In this document: one piece after another, positions 16,978-28,285 of the stretch
How the letters are laid out: each line of letters begins with the position of its first letter
How positions within the stretch are numbered: position 1 is the stretch's first letter
Assembly (NCBI GenBank): GCA_964640245.1
Contig: CAZXGR010000017.1
Location: forward strand, 1-32,787
DNA from: an uncultured bacterium
Lineage (GTDB): Bacteria; Aquificota; Aquificia; Desulfurobacteriales; Desulfurobacteriaceae
DNA length: 32,787 nt
Direction of reading: 5' to 3'
Notes under the pieces: generated by a model
What the model was told of the DNA's origin: nothing
Databases searched by the model: none
Seen by the model: the letters and a program-made list of their open reading frames with translations, nothing else
Program-made: the position numbers and the translations under genes

Positions 16978-18404
16978 AAACGATAGTCTTTGGAAACCTA
17001 ACGCCTATGTATGATAAACTTTTAGAAGGAGCGGCAAGGGGTTTAGGTTATAGGATAAGTTGTCTTCCAAACCCAGATAATGTATCGTTGGCAGTTGGAA
17101 AGGAATACTGCGACAAGGGCATGTGCAATCCAACATACTATACTGTTGGAAACCTAATAAAATTTCTAAAACAAAAATATAGGGAAGGAATAGATGTAGA
17201 GAAGGATTATGGTTTTGTAACCGTTGGAGCGTGTGGACCCTGTAGATTTGGAATGTACGAGATGCAGTTTAGGCAAGCCTTGAAGTCTGCCGGTTTTCCA
17301 AACCTCGAAATTTCAATATTAAATCAAGATAATCTTTCATCTGAGGGATTAGTAAAGCTAACACCAAAGTTGGTATGGAACCTTGCAAAGGCAGTTTGGA
17401 TAGGGGATATCTTAAGGGATATCTCGTGCCAGATCAGGCCTTATGAGGTTAATAAGGGTGAAACGGATAAGGTGGTGTCCAATATTGTTGACGAGGTTTA
17501 CGGCATACTTGAGGAAAATGCAAGCGTAAAAAGACTATGGAAATCCCTAAGAAGGGGAAAGGAGAAAATTGAGAGAATAAAACTCGATTATTCCAAGCCC
17601 AAACCTATTGTCTCTGTGATAGGCGAGTTCTGGTCGCATACAACCGAAAGTGATGGAAACTACAATGTCCACAGGTGGCTTGAGGATGAAGGGGCTGAGG
17701 TTAAGCCCGAAACGATAGCAGAGTGGATAGACTATCAGTTCTTTATGGAATCGCAGAAGACAAAGCTTGAAATGAAAGCAAAGGGATTTACACTTAATAG
17801 AGTTAAAAGGCTTGCTGCAATTGAGGCTTTAGCAAAAACATTTAGGGGCCTGTACAATGTATTCAGGTCTGCTCTATCGTTTAAACCAAGGCCTTTACCA
17901 TCTCAGAAATTACTGGCTGAAATATCCAAACCATATTTTCACTACTTTGTAGTTGGTGGCGAAGGCCACTTGGAAGTAGCAAAGCACATACACAACGTTA
18001 AGTTTAGAAAGTCGCATATGACGTTATCAGCTAAGCCTTTTGGATGTATGCCTTCAACGATCAGCGATGGCGTTCAGGTAAAGGTCGTATCCGATTATCC
18101 AGACAGTATATTTACATCAATTGAAACATCTGGTGATGGTGAGGTTAATGTTAAAAGTAGAATTCAAATGAAGCTCTTTGAGGCAAAACGTTTAGCTGAA
18201 AAAGAGTTCAACGAAGCCTGCTCAAGGTTTGGCATCAATCAAAATGATCTAACTTTGGCATCAAACAAGGGTATATCCAACCCATTTTCACCTTTGTCAA
18301 ATGCATACATAGGAACATCTGCAAGATTTATTGCAGGAAACTTAAAACGTTTAAAAGAGATTAAACTACATGGATTTCCTTTACATTCAAAAGTGCAAGC
18401 CTGA
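16974..18404 (+). CDS. Conserved hypothetical protein. Weak resemblance to 2-hydroxyacyl-CoA dehydratase / CoA-enzyme-activase-associated (DUF2229/HGD-D-like) proteins
   Basis: 476 aa, cytoplasmic. Cys motifs C-x3-GMCNPTYYT, GACGPCRFG and KPFGCMPST. Start overlaps the hfq stop (ATGA). End overlaps the rqcH start. Confidence 0.3.
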   Translation: MKTIVFGNLTPMYDKLLEGAARGLGYRISCLPNPDNVSLAVGKEYCDKGMCNPTYYTVGNLIKFLKQKYREGIDVEKDYGFVTVGACGPCRFGMYEMQFRQALKSAGFPNLEISILNQDNLSSEGLVKLTPKLVWNLAKAVWIGDILRDISCQIRPYEVNKGETDKVVSNIVDEVYGILEENASVKRLWKSLRRGKEKIERIKLDYSKPKPIVSVIGEFWSHTTESDGNYNVHRWLEDEGAEVKPETIAEWIDYQFFMESQKTKLEMKAKGFTLNRVKRLAAIEALAKTFRGLYNVFRSALSFKPRPLPSQKLLAEISKPYFHYFVVGGEGHLEVAKHIHNVKFRKSHMTLSAKPFGCMPSTISDGVQVKVVSDYPDSIFTSIETSGDGEVNVKSRIQMKLFEAKRLAEKEFNEACSRFGINQNDLTLASNKGISNPFSPLSNAYIGTSARFIAGNLKRLKEIKLHGFPLHSKVQA

Positions 18405-19977
18405 AGTTGAAAAACTTTTTCTAAGGGAAAAGATATCTAACTTCGCCTGCAATGAAAAGATATTTTCAATTATATGCAAGGCTAAGGTCCTTAACTTCTA
18501 TACCGGTCAGCCAAATGCGCTTTTTATCGGCAAACAGAGGGATGTTAGGCCAATAAATAGGATTAAGCCTTACTGCGGTTACATTAAGAATATCAATTTA
18601 GTTGATTCGGATAGAATACTCAAGTGGCACATCGTAAGGATTCTTCCAAACGGAAACTATCAGAACAACTATCTGATACTTGAACTTACTGGAAAAAATG
18701 CAAACGTTTTCATTCTAAACGATAAAAGTACCATAATATTTGCCTTTAGGGCCATTAAAAGTGGCATAAGGAACCTTTCAGAGGGCAGTATCTATAGGGA
18801 ACCACCAAATGAAAAGAAGAGCTTTAATGAAATCAAGTTTGGAACTGTAACGCAATTAGGAATAGAGAGAAAACTCTATAAATTCCTTAAGGGTATTTCC
18901 CCGCTAAATTCGAGGGAAATAGGAGTTTTATTCGAGGAAAGTGGAAGCTTAAAAAAGGCCTACGAAAGCTTTATTCAAAGGAATATAAACTCTAAATGTG
19001 CGTACATGTACTATGAAAACGGCAAACCAAGATATATCACAACCTTTGCATACGAATCTCTTTCAGGGTTAGAACACCAAACCTTCTGTGGTGATAACCC
19101 GTTTTTAAGATGCTGGAAGGAATTCTATGTAGAAACAACAGAAAAACAGGCAATACAGAAGCTTAAATCTAAGGTTTTAAAGCCCTTAATTGAAAGGGAG
19201 ACAAAGTTAAGGAAGAAATGCGATGAAGTTAAAAATATTGCCGGAACTTTAGATAAGGCAGAAAGATTAAGGAAAATCGCTGAACTTTTAAAGTACAACT
19301 TAGATAAAGCAAAAGGTAAAAGATCCATAAAGGTTAAGGACTATGAAACCGGAAGAGATATAACGATAAACTTGGACAGCTCTGTTTCACCATCAAGAAA
19401 CGTTGAAAAACTGTTTACAAGGTATAAAAAGCTTAAGAGAAAAGCCGAATTTTTAAGGAAGTTATCTAAGGACTTAAAGATCGAACTTGAAAGGGTTAGA
19501 GCCTTAAGAAAGGCAATTGAGTCATCAAATGATGTATCGTGGTTGAAGGGTTTGGTGTCAAATCCGAAGCAGAAGCTTAAAGTCAAAAAGAACTTTAAAA
19601 CATTTACCTTATCCTCAGGAAAAAAGGTCATTGTAGGAAAATCGAGCAAGGAAAACGAACTACTATGGAGATCGTCAAATCCATGGGATATATGGCTTCA
19701 TGTTAAGGATATTCCCGGATCACATGTCATATTAAAGTTAGGTAAGAATGAACTTCCAGATAAAGCCGATATAACCCAGGCAGCCGCTTTAGCTGCCCAC
19801 TTTAGTAAGGCAAGAAACGACACAAAGGCACTTGTGAGTTTTACGAAGGTTAAAAATCTATCAAAACCACCAAACACACCAGCCGGTTTCGTAACGTTTA
19901 AGAATGAAAAGGTAATATGCGTAAAACCAGCCCTACCTTCTCCTTTCACCCATTATATTAAGAATGGCAATGAATAG
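18370..19977 (+). CDS. rqcH: NFACT-family ribosome quality-control protein (RqcH/Rqc2 homolog, also annotated FbpA, fibronectin-binding protein A)
   Basis: 535 aa. N-terminal NFACT-N. Central K/E-rich coiled coil. C-terminal NFACT-R/DUF814 with DIWLHVKDIPGSHVILK. Confidence 0.75.
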   Translation: MDFLYIQKCKPEVEKLFLREKISNFACNEKIFSIICKAKVLNFYTGQPNALFIGKQRDVRPINRIKPYCGYIKNINLVDSDRILKWHIVRILPNGNYQNNYLILELTGKNANVFILNDKSTIIFAFRAIKSGIRNLSEGSIYREPPNEKKSFNEIKFGTVTQLGIERKLYKFLKGISPLNSREIGVLFEESGSLKKAYESFIQRNINSKCAYMYYENGKPRYITTFAYESLSGLEHQTFCGDNPFLRCWKEFYVETTEKQAIQKLKSKVLKPLIERETKLRKKCDEVKNIAGTLDKAERLRKIAELLKYNLDKAKGKRSIKVKDYETGRDITINLDSSVSPSRNVEKLFTRYKKLKRKAEFLRKLSKDLKIELERVRALRKAIESSNDVSWLKGLVSNPKQKLKVKKNFKTFTLSSGKKVIVGKSSKENELLWRSSNPWDIWLHVKDIPGSHVILKLGKNELPDKADITQAAALAAHFSKARNDTKALVSFTKVKNLSKPPNTPAGFVTFKNEKVICVKPALPSPFTHYIKNGNE

Positions 19978-20610
19978 GTTGATGAAATCGAGGTATAGGC
20001 TTAATGCCCCAAAAAACGCATTTCCATCTGTATAGGCAATGTCCTCAAGCGTCTGAATATCGTATATGGTTAAGCCGAGGAAAAGAATAATTGTTACAAC
20101 GCTTACACCAAATGAAATACCTGCCGATTTAAAGAGGAAAACATTTAGAAGCGATGCAAGTATTATCCCTATCAAACCCACCAAGAAGTAAACGCCAAAC
20201 CTTCTAAAGTCGACTTTATTAGTCATCGCAAGCAGAGCCATTAAGCCAAACAGCATACCCGAAAGTGCAAAGGCAGTGATTATAGATTTACCTGTGTATA
20301 CAATAAGGATGGGAGCAAGAAGGGTTCCCTCAACTGCGGAAAAAGCATAAAAGGAAATTCCTGCTAAAATACCATTATGCCTTAAAAGACCGGTAGATAT
20401 AACAAGCAGAAAGCTAAATATGGCAAATCCTATCCACCCCCAACCGCTGAGGGAATACACAAGTCCGGTGGAAACGGTCATATAGGCACAAATTGCTGTT
20501 AGAATTAAACCCAAGAACATATTTAGAAAAACCTTTGAGATAAAGGCATTAAAATCCGATACCTTTAAACCCTCAAATGTCAATCTGTCTTCCTGCATGC
20601 TTACCTCCAA
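19933..20610 (-). CDS. Bax inhibitor-1/YccA family membrane protein
   Basis: 225 aa, 7 predicted TM. Conserved C-terminal LSLYLDFINLF...MGERRR. Convergent with rqcH and overlaps it by 45 nt. Confidence 0.85.
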   Translation of the reverse strand: MEVSMQEDRLTFEGLKVSDFNAFISKVFLNMFLGLILTAICAYMTVSTGLVYSLSGWGWIGFAIFSFLLVISTGLLRHNGILAGISFYAFSAVEGTLLAPILIVYTGKSIITAFALSGMLFGLMALLAMTNKVDFRRFGVYFLVGLIGIILASLLNVFLFKSAGISFGVSVVTIILFLGLTIYDIQTLEDIAYTDGNAFFGALSLYLDFINLFIAILNIMGERRR

Positions 20611-20641
20611 TGGTTAAACGTTGCAAACCAAGGCTAACTGA

Positions 20642-23101
<2,460 letters not shown>

Positions 23102-23104
23102 GGT

Positions 23105-23515
23105 ATGGCTATGTTTCAGTTACTCTTTACCTATGGCATGCTTATGGATGGGCTTTCAGGCCACACGTTTTTACTGGACTCTGAATTTTTAGGATACGGA
23201 ATACTCTATGGTATAAGATTAGTCCAGCTTAACGATGGTTATCCCGCAGTACTTGACGGTGAAAGCAGTATTTCCGGTGAGGTTTACAGGGTAGATGATC
23301 AGACAATAGATGCCATTGATTACTTTGAGGGTTTTAATCCAAAAGCACCAGAGGAAAGTCTGTTTATAAGAAAAACAAAGCCTATTAGGCTTTTACCATA
23401 CGGTGATTTTGTTGATGCTTGTGTTTATATCCTTAATGCTGAAAGGGTACGTTCGTTTGTAGATATTCCCTTCTATAATTGGCGGGAATTTGTAAAGAAG
23501 CTTCTTAACATGTAA
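23105..23515 (+). CDS. Gamma-glutamylcyclotransferase-like (AIG2/GGACT family) protein
   Basis: 136 aa. LFTYGMLM...G...L..GYPAV...ISGEVYRV pattern of the GGCT/AIG2 fold. Confidence 0.65.
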   Translation: MAMFQLLFTYGMLMDGLSGHTFLLDSEFLGYGILYGIRLVQLNDGYPAVLDGESSISGEVYRVDDQTIDAIDYFEGFNPKAPEESLFIRKTKPIRLLPYGDFVDACVYILNAERVRSFVDIPFYNWREFVKKLLNM

Positions 23516-23532
23516 TGGTGTACTATGGAGGC

Positions 23533-24249
23533 ATGATGATCGATAGGTATGTCGAGGATCTTGATGAACTTAAGAGAAGTTTCATTGAAATGGCTGATAT
23601 GTCAAAGAGAATACTTAACGATGCTATAGAAGCTTTGGTTGAAAGGGATGCCGAGAAGGCAAAGGTAACCTATGAATACGATAAACTCATAGACCTTAAG
23701 GAAATAGAGATAGAGGAAATGTGCATAAGGATAATAGCACTTTACTCTCCGGAAGCATCGGATTTGAGAATGGTTGTATCAGTTTTGAAAAGTATAGCCG
23801 ATCTTGAAAGAGTCGGTGATTTAGCAAGGGATATATGCGAGATAGCTGTTTACCTATCGGAATTTCCACCTATTAAGCCCTATGTGGATATACCAAGAAT
23901 GATAAATGTAGTCAAGGAAATGCTTAAGGATTCCATAATGTCACTTTTAAGGTACGATGAGACTTTAGCGCGTGAAGTTATCAAAAAGGATGATATAGTA
24001 GATAACTTTTACAGCAGGATATTTGATGAGCTTATAGAGATAATAAATTCAAACCCCAAAAGCGCTCATATAGCCGTAAGGCTTATACTTGTTGCACGTG
24101 CTCTTGAAAGGGCTGGTGACCATGCAACGAACATAGCAGAATATGCAATATACATGAAATCTGGGGTTTTTGTAAAGCATAAGAAGGCACAGGAATTCCT
24201 GAAAAAACTAAGGGGAGAAGAGGGTGGAAAACAGCAAAACGGGAATTAA
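23533..24249 (+). CDS. phoU: Phosphate-signalling regulatory protein PhoU
   Basis: Tandem PhoU repeats, each ending in D.ERVGDLARDI / ERAGDHATNIAEY. The ORF-track start at 23515 adds an odd MVYYGG prefix. ATG 23533/23536 follows the GGAGG at 23526-23530. Confidence 0.8.
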   Translation: MMIDRYVEDLDELKRSFIEMADMSKRILNDAIEALVERDAEKAKVTYEYDKLIDLKEIEIEEMCIRIIALYSPEASDLRMVVSVLKSIADLERVGDLARDICEIAVYLSEFPPIKPYVDIPRMINVVKEMLKDSIMSLLRYDETLAREVIKKDDIVDNFYSRIFDELIEIINSNPKSAHIAVRLILVARALERAGDHATNIAEYAIYMKSGVFVKHKKAQEFLKKLRGEEGGKQQNGN

Positions 24250-25057
24250 GATTATACTAACGTTTATCGTCCTGTTTTGCGGTGCAATATTCTTTACAAA
24301 TTCCCTTGTCGTTATTGATGCAGGCGAAGTAGGGGTAAGGCTTAGGTTTGGAAAAATAGTTCACGAGGATCTATTTCCGGGTATCCATATTAAACTTCCA
24401 ATGGCTGATGAGATAGTCGTATTTCCTACAAGGGTTGAGAAGATAGACATGGCAGCCAAGAAAGGCAATCCCATAACTGCTTTGAGCGTTGAAGGTTTAC
24501 CAGTAACTCTTGATGTTACAGTTCTGTACAGGATTAATCCAAACAAGGCCGATGAAATATACAAGAACTATGGAACGGATTTTGATGAAAAGATCGTAAT
24601 CCCCATTACAAGGGAAATTGTAAGAAACGTAGTGTCTCAATATAACGTTGAGGATCTCTATTCAACAAAGAGGGCGGAACTTCAGGAAAAGGTTTACAAT
24701 CAGCTAAAAAAAGAGTTGCGTCAAACGGATATAAGCCTCGTAGATTTTCTACTTAGAAATGTAAAACTTCCACCGAGAATAGTTGAAAAGATAGAGGAAA
24801 AGTTGAGGGCAAAGGAAGAAGCCGAGAAAATGAGGTACGTTCTTCAAAAGGAAAATCTTGAAGCTAAAAGAAAGGTAATAGAAGCTCAGGGAATAGCACA
24901 GTCAAATAAAATAATAGCTGACTCACTTTCAAGACCCTACCTGCAGTGGTACTATTTACAAGCGCTAAAATCCTTAGCCGCTGGTCCTAACAATACATTC
25001 GTAATAGCACCATATGATAACAAACTTATACCTCTTTTAAACTTGAACAAGAAATGA
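24224..25057 (+). CDS. SPFH/Band-7 (prohibitin-like) membrane protein
   Basis: 277 aa. N-terminal TM. SPFH core (VVIDAGEVGVRLRFGKI, LDVTVLYRI). C-terminal coiled coil. Confidence 0.8.
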   Translation: MENSKTGIKIILTFIVLFCGAIFFTNSLVVIDAGEVGVRLRFGKIVHEDLFPGIHIKLPMADEIVVFPTRVEKIDMAAKKGNPITALSVEGLPVTLDVTVLYRINPNKADEIYKNYGTDFDEKIVIPITREIVRNVVSQYNVEDLYSTKRAELQEKVYNQLKKELRQTDISLVDFLLRNVKLPPRIVEKIEEKLRAKEEAEKMRYVLQKENLEAKRKVIEAQGIAQSNKIIADSLSRPYLQWYYLQALKSLAAGPNNTFVIAPYDNKLIPLLNLNKK

Positions 25058-25863
25058 TACATGATCCTTTAGTATATCTTGCTTATCCTTTTGGCATAAA
25101 AGCCTTGATAGCATCCGTGATGTCTGGGTTTATACTATCATCGCTTGGGGTATACATAGTCTTAAGGAAAATGGCATTTATGGGTGCAGGGCTTGCACAT
25201 GTTGCCTTTGCAGGTGTTGCATTTGGTCTTTTAATTGGAAATTTCCCCATCTTCTGGGGTATCGTGTTTACAGAGATAGCAGGTTGCATTATCTGGTACT
25301 TTAGTAGTAGAAAGATGCTTCAGCACGATGTAACTATGGGAATAATATTTGCAGCAAGCATGGGTCTTGCAGTGCTTTTCTTGGGTCTATCAAACCACTA
25401 CGGTGCCGAAGCATTAGGATATCTATTTGGTAGTCCTCTAACCGTAACAGATACTGATTTAGCATTGCTATCGATGTTGTTTATCATTACAACCATTTTC
25501 ATTGCATTTTACTACAAGGAAATTTACCTAATATGTTTCAGCGAGGATATTGCTAAGGCATCAGGTTGTAATGTTAACTTAACAACGTTCCTTATAACTG
25601 TTCTTGTCTCCTCATCCGTCGTTGTTTCAATGAAGGCTGTAGGTGCAATTTTGGTATTCTCACTTCTCGTCATACCAGCGGCTTCGGCATTCAGGCTTTC
25701 AAAGAGCTATAACCAAATGTTTGTACTATCAATTGCATTTGGAACATTATCGGCAACTATAGGAATATTCCTATCATTTTCCCTTGATATCCCATCCGGT
25801 GCATCGATAACGCTTGTTTCCGTTGGCATCTTTGCCTTAACGGTACTACTTAAGTCTTTCTAA
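25054..25863 (+). CDS. ABC-3 family metal (Zn/Mn-type) ABC transporter permease (ZnuB/MntB-like)
   Basis: 269 aa, about 8 TM. ABC-3 signature region. No cognate ATPase or substrate-binding gene adjacent. Confidence 0.8.
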   Translation: MIHDPLVYLAYPFGIKALIASVMSGFILSSLGVYIVLRKMAFMGAGLAHVAFAGVAFGLLIGNFPIFWGIVFTEIAGCIIWYFSSRKMLQHDVTMGIIFAASMGLAVLFLGLSNHYGAEALGYLFGSPLTVTDTDLALLSMLFIITTIFIAFYYKEIYLICFSEDIAKASGCNVNLTTFLITVLVSSSVVVSMKAVGAILVFSLLVIPAASAFRLSKSYNQMFVLSIAFGTLSATIGIFLSFSLDIPSGASITLVSVGIFALTVLLKSF

Positions 25864-26421
25864 AACTTCGGATATTCTTTTGCCTAAGTTTTTCGCCGTT
25901 AGCTTTGACCAATCATCAACTTCAATCCTTCCATCAACCTCACTTGAAGTTGATGCACACCCAAAGTGTGCAGTTGGATTTGTATCGGCAACTACCAACA
26001 TGCCCTGAATAAGTGCCCAAGACTGTATTTCATGAAGTACGTACTCTTGGCCTCCATAGCTTACACCGCCAACGGAAATCGCTCCACATACCTTTCCCTT
26101 TAGATCCCAATTTACCCTCAGTGTTCTTGACCTATCAAAGAGCGTCTTTAGCTTTGCTGAAACTGAACCGAAGTAAACGGGTGAACCCACTATTATTGCA
26201 TCTGATTCCTTCATCTTCTCTGCTATCTCGTTGTATCCATCCTCTATCGCACATACACCACCATTTGTCTTGCATGCATTGCAAAGCCTACAGTACTTAA
26301 GATCGTAATCTGACAATGAGATTATTTCCTTTTCAAATCCATCAAGGCTCTTAAATGCCTCCTCGATTAGCATAAGTGTTGCACCTTTTCTGTGAGACCC
26401 ATTAATTCCAAGCACCTTCAT
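25846..26421 (-). CDS. Iron-sulfur flavoprotein (Isf family; NADPH-dependent FMN reductase fold with compact 4-Cys [4Fe-4S] motif)
   Basis: Start at ATG 26421, preceded by AGGAGGGG. MKVLGINGSHRKG flavodoxin-like N-terminus. CRLCNACKTNGGVC cysteine cluster. Strong similarity to the Methanosarcina Isf core (TLFDRS...GAISVGG..YGGQE). Confidence 0.8.
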   Translation of the reverse strand: MKVLGINGSHRKGATLMLIEEAFKSLDGFEKEIISLSDYDLKYCRLCNACKTNGGVCAIEDGYNEIAEKMKESDAIIVGSPVYFGSVSAKLKTLFDRSRTLRVNWDLKGKVCGAISVGGVSYGGQEYVLHEIQSWALIQGMLVVADTNPTAHFGCASTSSEVDGRIEVDDWSKLTAKNLGKRISEVLERLK

Positions 26422-26437
26422 ATTCAACCCCTCCTTT

Positions 26438-28285
26438 TTACGTTTGAAGTTCAACTATAAAACTGTTTCTATCGATAAAGTAAGCTTTAACATTCATATC
26501 GTTAAACAGGGCATTTATTATCGGATTGGTATTCGCGTCAGGCTTTATTTTAGCATTATCCCTAAAAATAACAACGACCTTACCATCCCTAAAGCTTGTA
26601 GAAATACTTACATCCTTGGCGTTTCTCCGTACCTCATCATCTAAGACCATCAAAAAGAGCTTTCTTAAAAGTTCTCCATCAAATCCGACCAGCGGAATCC
26701 TCTCGATATTTAATGATATATCTAATCCCCTGTAGTTTTTTGGTATGGTTTGGAGAATACTGTTAACATCCAAAAGATTATCCTTTGAATCAACTGGAAA
26801 CTCGAGGTTGCTTAAAAAACCCTCTATTTTGTTAGCGTTATCGATTATTTTATCAAAGGATTTGGATGTAGTTTCATTGCATGTAGACCTCAAGCTTAGG
26901 ATTTCCTTGATCATAGGCTTGAGCAACAACTTTATGTTACCTGCTATTTTCTTGACTGCTTCCTTCCATGCCAAGAGCTTTTGAACCCTTGTAATATTTG
27001 TAATATCCTCAACTATAAGTAATTTCATGGACAGGTGGCTTAGCGGGATAATCTCTACCAAGAGTTTTCTGTTCTTTCCATCGATGTGTTCATTAACCTC
27101 CTTTTTTTCTGTGCCCTTGCATTCGGTTACAGCCCTTTTCAAATTTGGAAAAGCTGAGAGTATAGCCAGAATACCCTTTACATCGGTTATATTTAGTAGC
27201 CTTCTTGCAGATTCATTAAAAAGAGTAACATCTCCCTTGCTATTAAACGATACTACTGCAGGGGAAATATTATTTAGAATGGTTTCGATGTAGAGTTTTT
27301 CCTTTTCCATCCCTTGCTTTAATCGCTTAAGCTGGTCAAGCATGTAGTTAAAACCGAATATAACGTGCTTTATTTCCCCTATACCTTGTTCCTTAACCTC
27401 TACATTAAGCTTGCCCCTTGAAACCTGCCTTGTTGCCATGTATAAACTGCTTATCGGAACCGATATGTTCCTTTCAAAGTACCTTGCAAACCACAAAGCA
27501 CCGAACAAAACGGATAGACCCATAAGCATAAATGCAACTGAGTAAACTGCCTTTATAGGGCTTTTATAAAATTGGGTTTCCCTGTAATTTTTTGAAAGTT
27601 CATTAAAGGACTCAAGACTTTTAGTTAAACTTAAAGGCAAATTCTTGGATACACAGACAGGCTTTCCATCTAAAACCTTACATAGCGTTAAGCGATTTTC
27701 CCTATAATCGATAAAGTGATAGTTCCCAGTTTGCCTTAACTTATCTAATATCGGCCCATCTATGTATATATCACCAACCTGTTCATTTGGGTCCATGTAA
27801 CCGGAAATGCCATACTTGAAGAGAACCGTTTCATCAACGTTACCTAACTTTGATAAACTCTTAGCCTTTTGTGCAAGGTCATTTAGGTATAGGTTTAAAA
27901 GGCCTTTAGTGGTATCAGATGTAACACTGACCATTCTTCTCGATTGTATTCTTAGAAGCCTATCTAACCCTCTATTTACAACACTACTTGAGAGAAAAAC
28001 CGAAAAGAGTGAAGGGCCTATAACCAATATAAGAAAAGCCATAAATAGCTTTGTCCTTATCCTTGTTTCCATCCTTGGAAAGAAAAAAAGAACGAGATTT
28101 CTCACAAAGTAAACGATAAAAACCAGGACGAGAGCAAAATTAAGGGCGAACAAGAGATGGAAAATCGGATTATTGAGGTAAAACTCGCCAGATATCGATG
28201 ATATAAAGGCACTTCCAAAATAGGTGAAGATAACTGCCAATGCCAAAAATACCAAAAGCTTTAAAAGCCTCTTATACCCCGACAA
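26438..28285 (-). CDS. NtrY-like membrane sensor (4 TM, HAMP, PAS) with a degenerate histidine-kinase core: a probable pseudokinase
   Basis: 615 aa, TTG start. N-terminal TM bundle, periplasmic region, TM, HAMP (ARYFERNISVPISSLYMATRQVSRGKLNVEV), PAS (ILNNISPAVVSFNSKGDV). The H-box equivalent AWKEAVKKIAGNIKLLLKPM has Gly where NtrY has the phospho-accepting His (AHEIKNPL). The ATPase region lacks the DxGxG and GxGLGL boxes. Confidence 0.65.
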   Translation of the reverse strand: MSGYKRLLKLLVFLALAVIFTYFGSAFISSISGEFYLNNPIFHLLFALNFALVLVFIVYFVRNLVLFFFPRMETRIRTKLFMAFLILVIGPSLFSVFLSSSVVNRGLDRLLRIQSRRMVSVTSDTTKGLLNLYLNDLAQKAKSLSKLGNVDETVLFKYGISGYMDPNEQVGDIYIDGPILDKLRQTGNYHFIDYRENRLTLCKVLDGKPVCVSKNLPLSLTKSLESFNELSKNYRETQFYKSPIKAVYSVAFMLMGLSVLFGALWFARYFERNISVPISSLYMATRQVSRGKLNVEVKEQGIGEIKHVIFGFNYMLDQLKRLKQGMEKEKLYIETILNNISPAVVSFNSKGDVTLFNESARRLLNITDVKGILAILSAFPNLKRAVTECKGTEKKEVNEHIDGKNRKLLVEIIPLSHLSMKLLIVEDITNITRVQKLLAWKEAVKKIAGNIKLLLKPMIKEILSLRSTCNETTSKSFDKIIDNANKIEGFLSNLEFPVDSKDNLLDVNSILQTIPKNYRGLDISLNIERIPLVGFDGELLRKLFLMVLDDEVRRNAKDVSISTSFRDGKVVVIFRDNAKIKPDANTNPIINALFNDMNVKAYFIDRNSFIVELQT

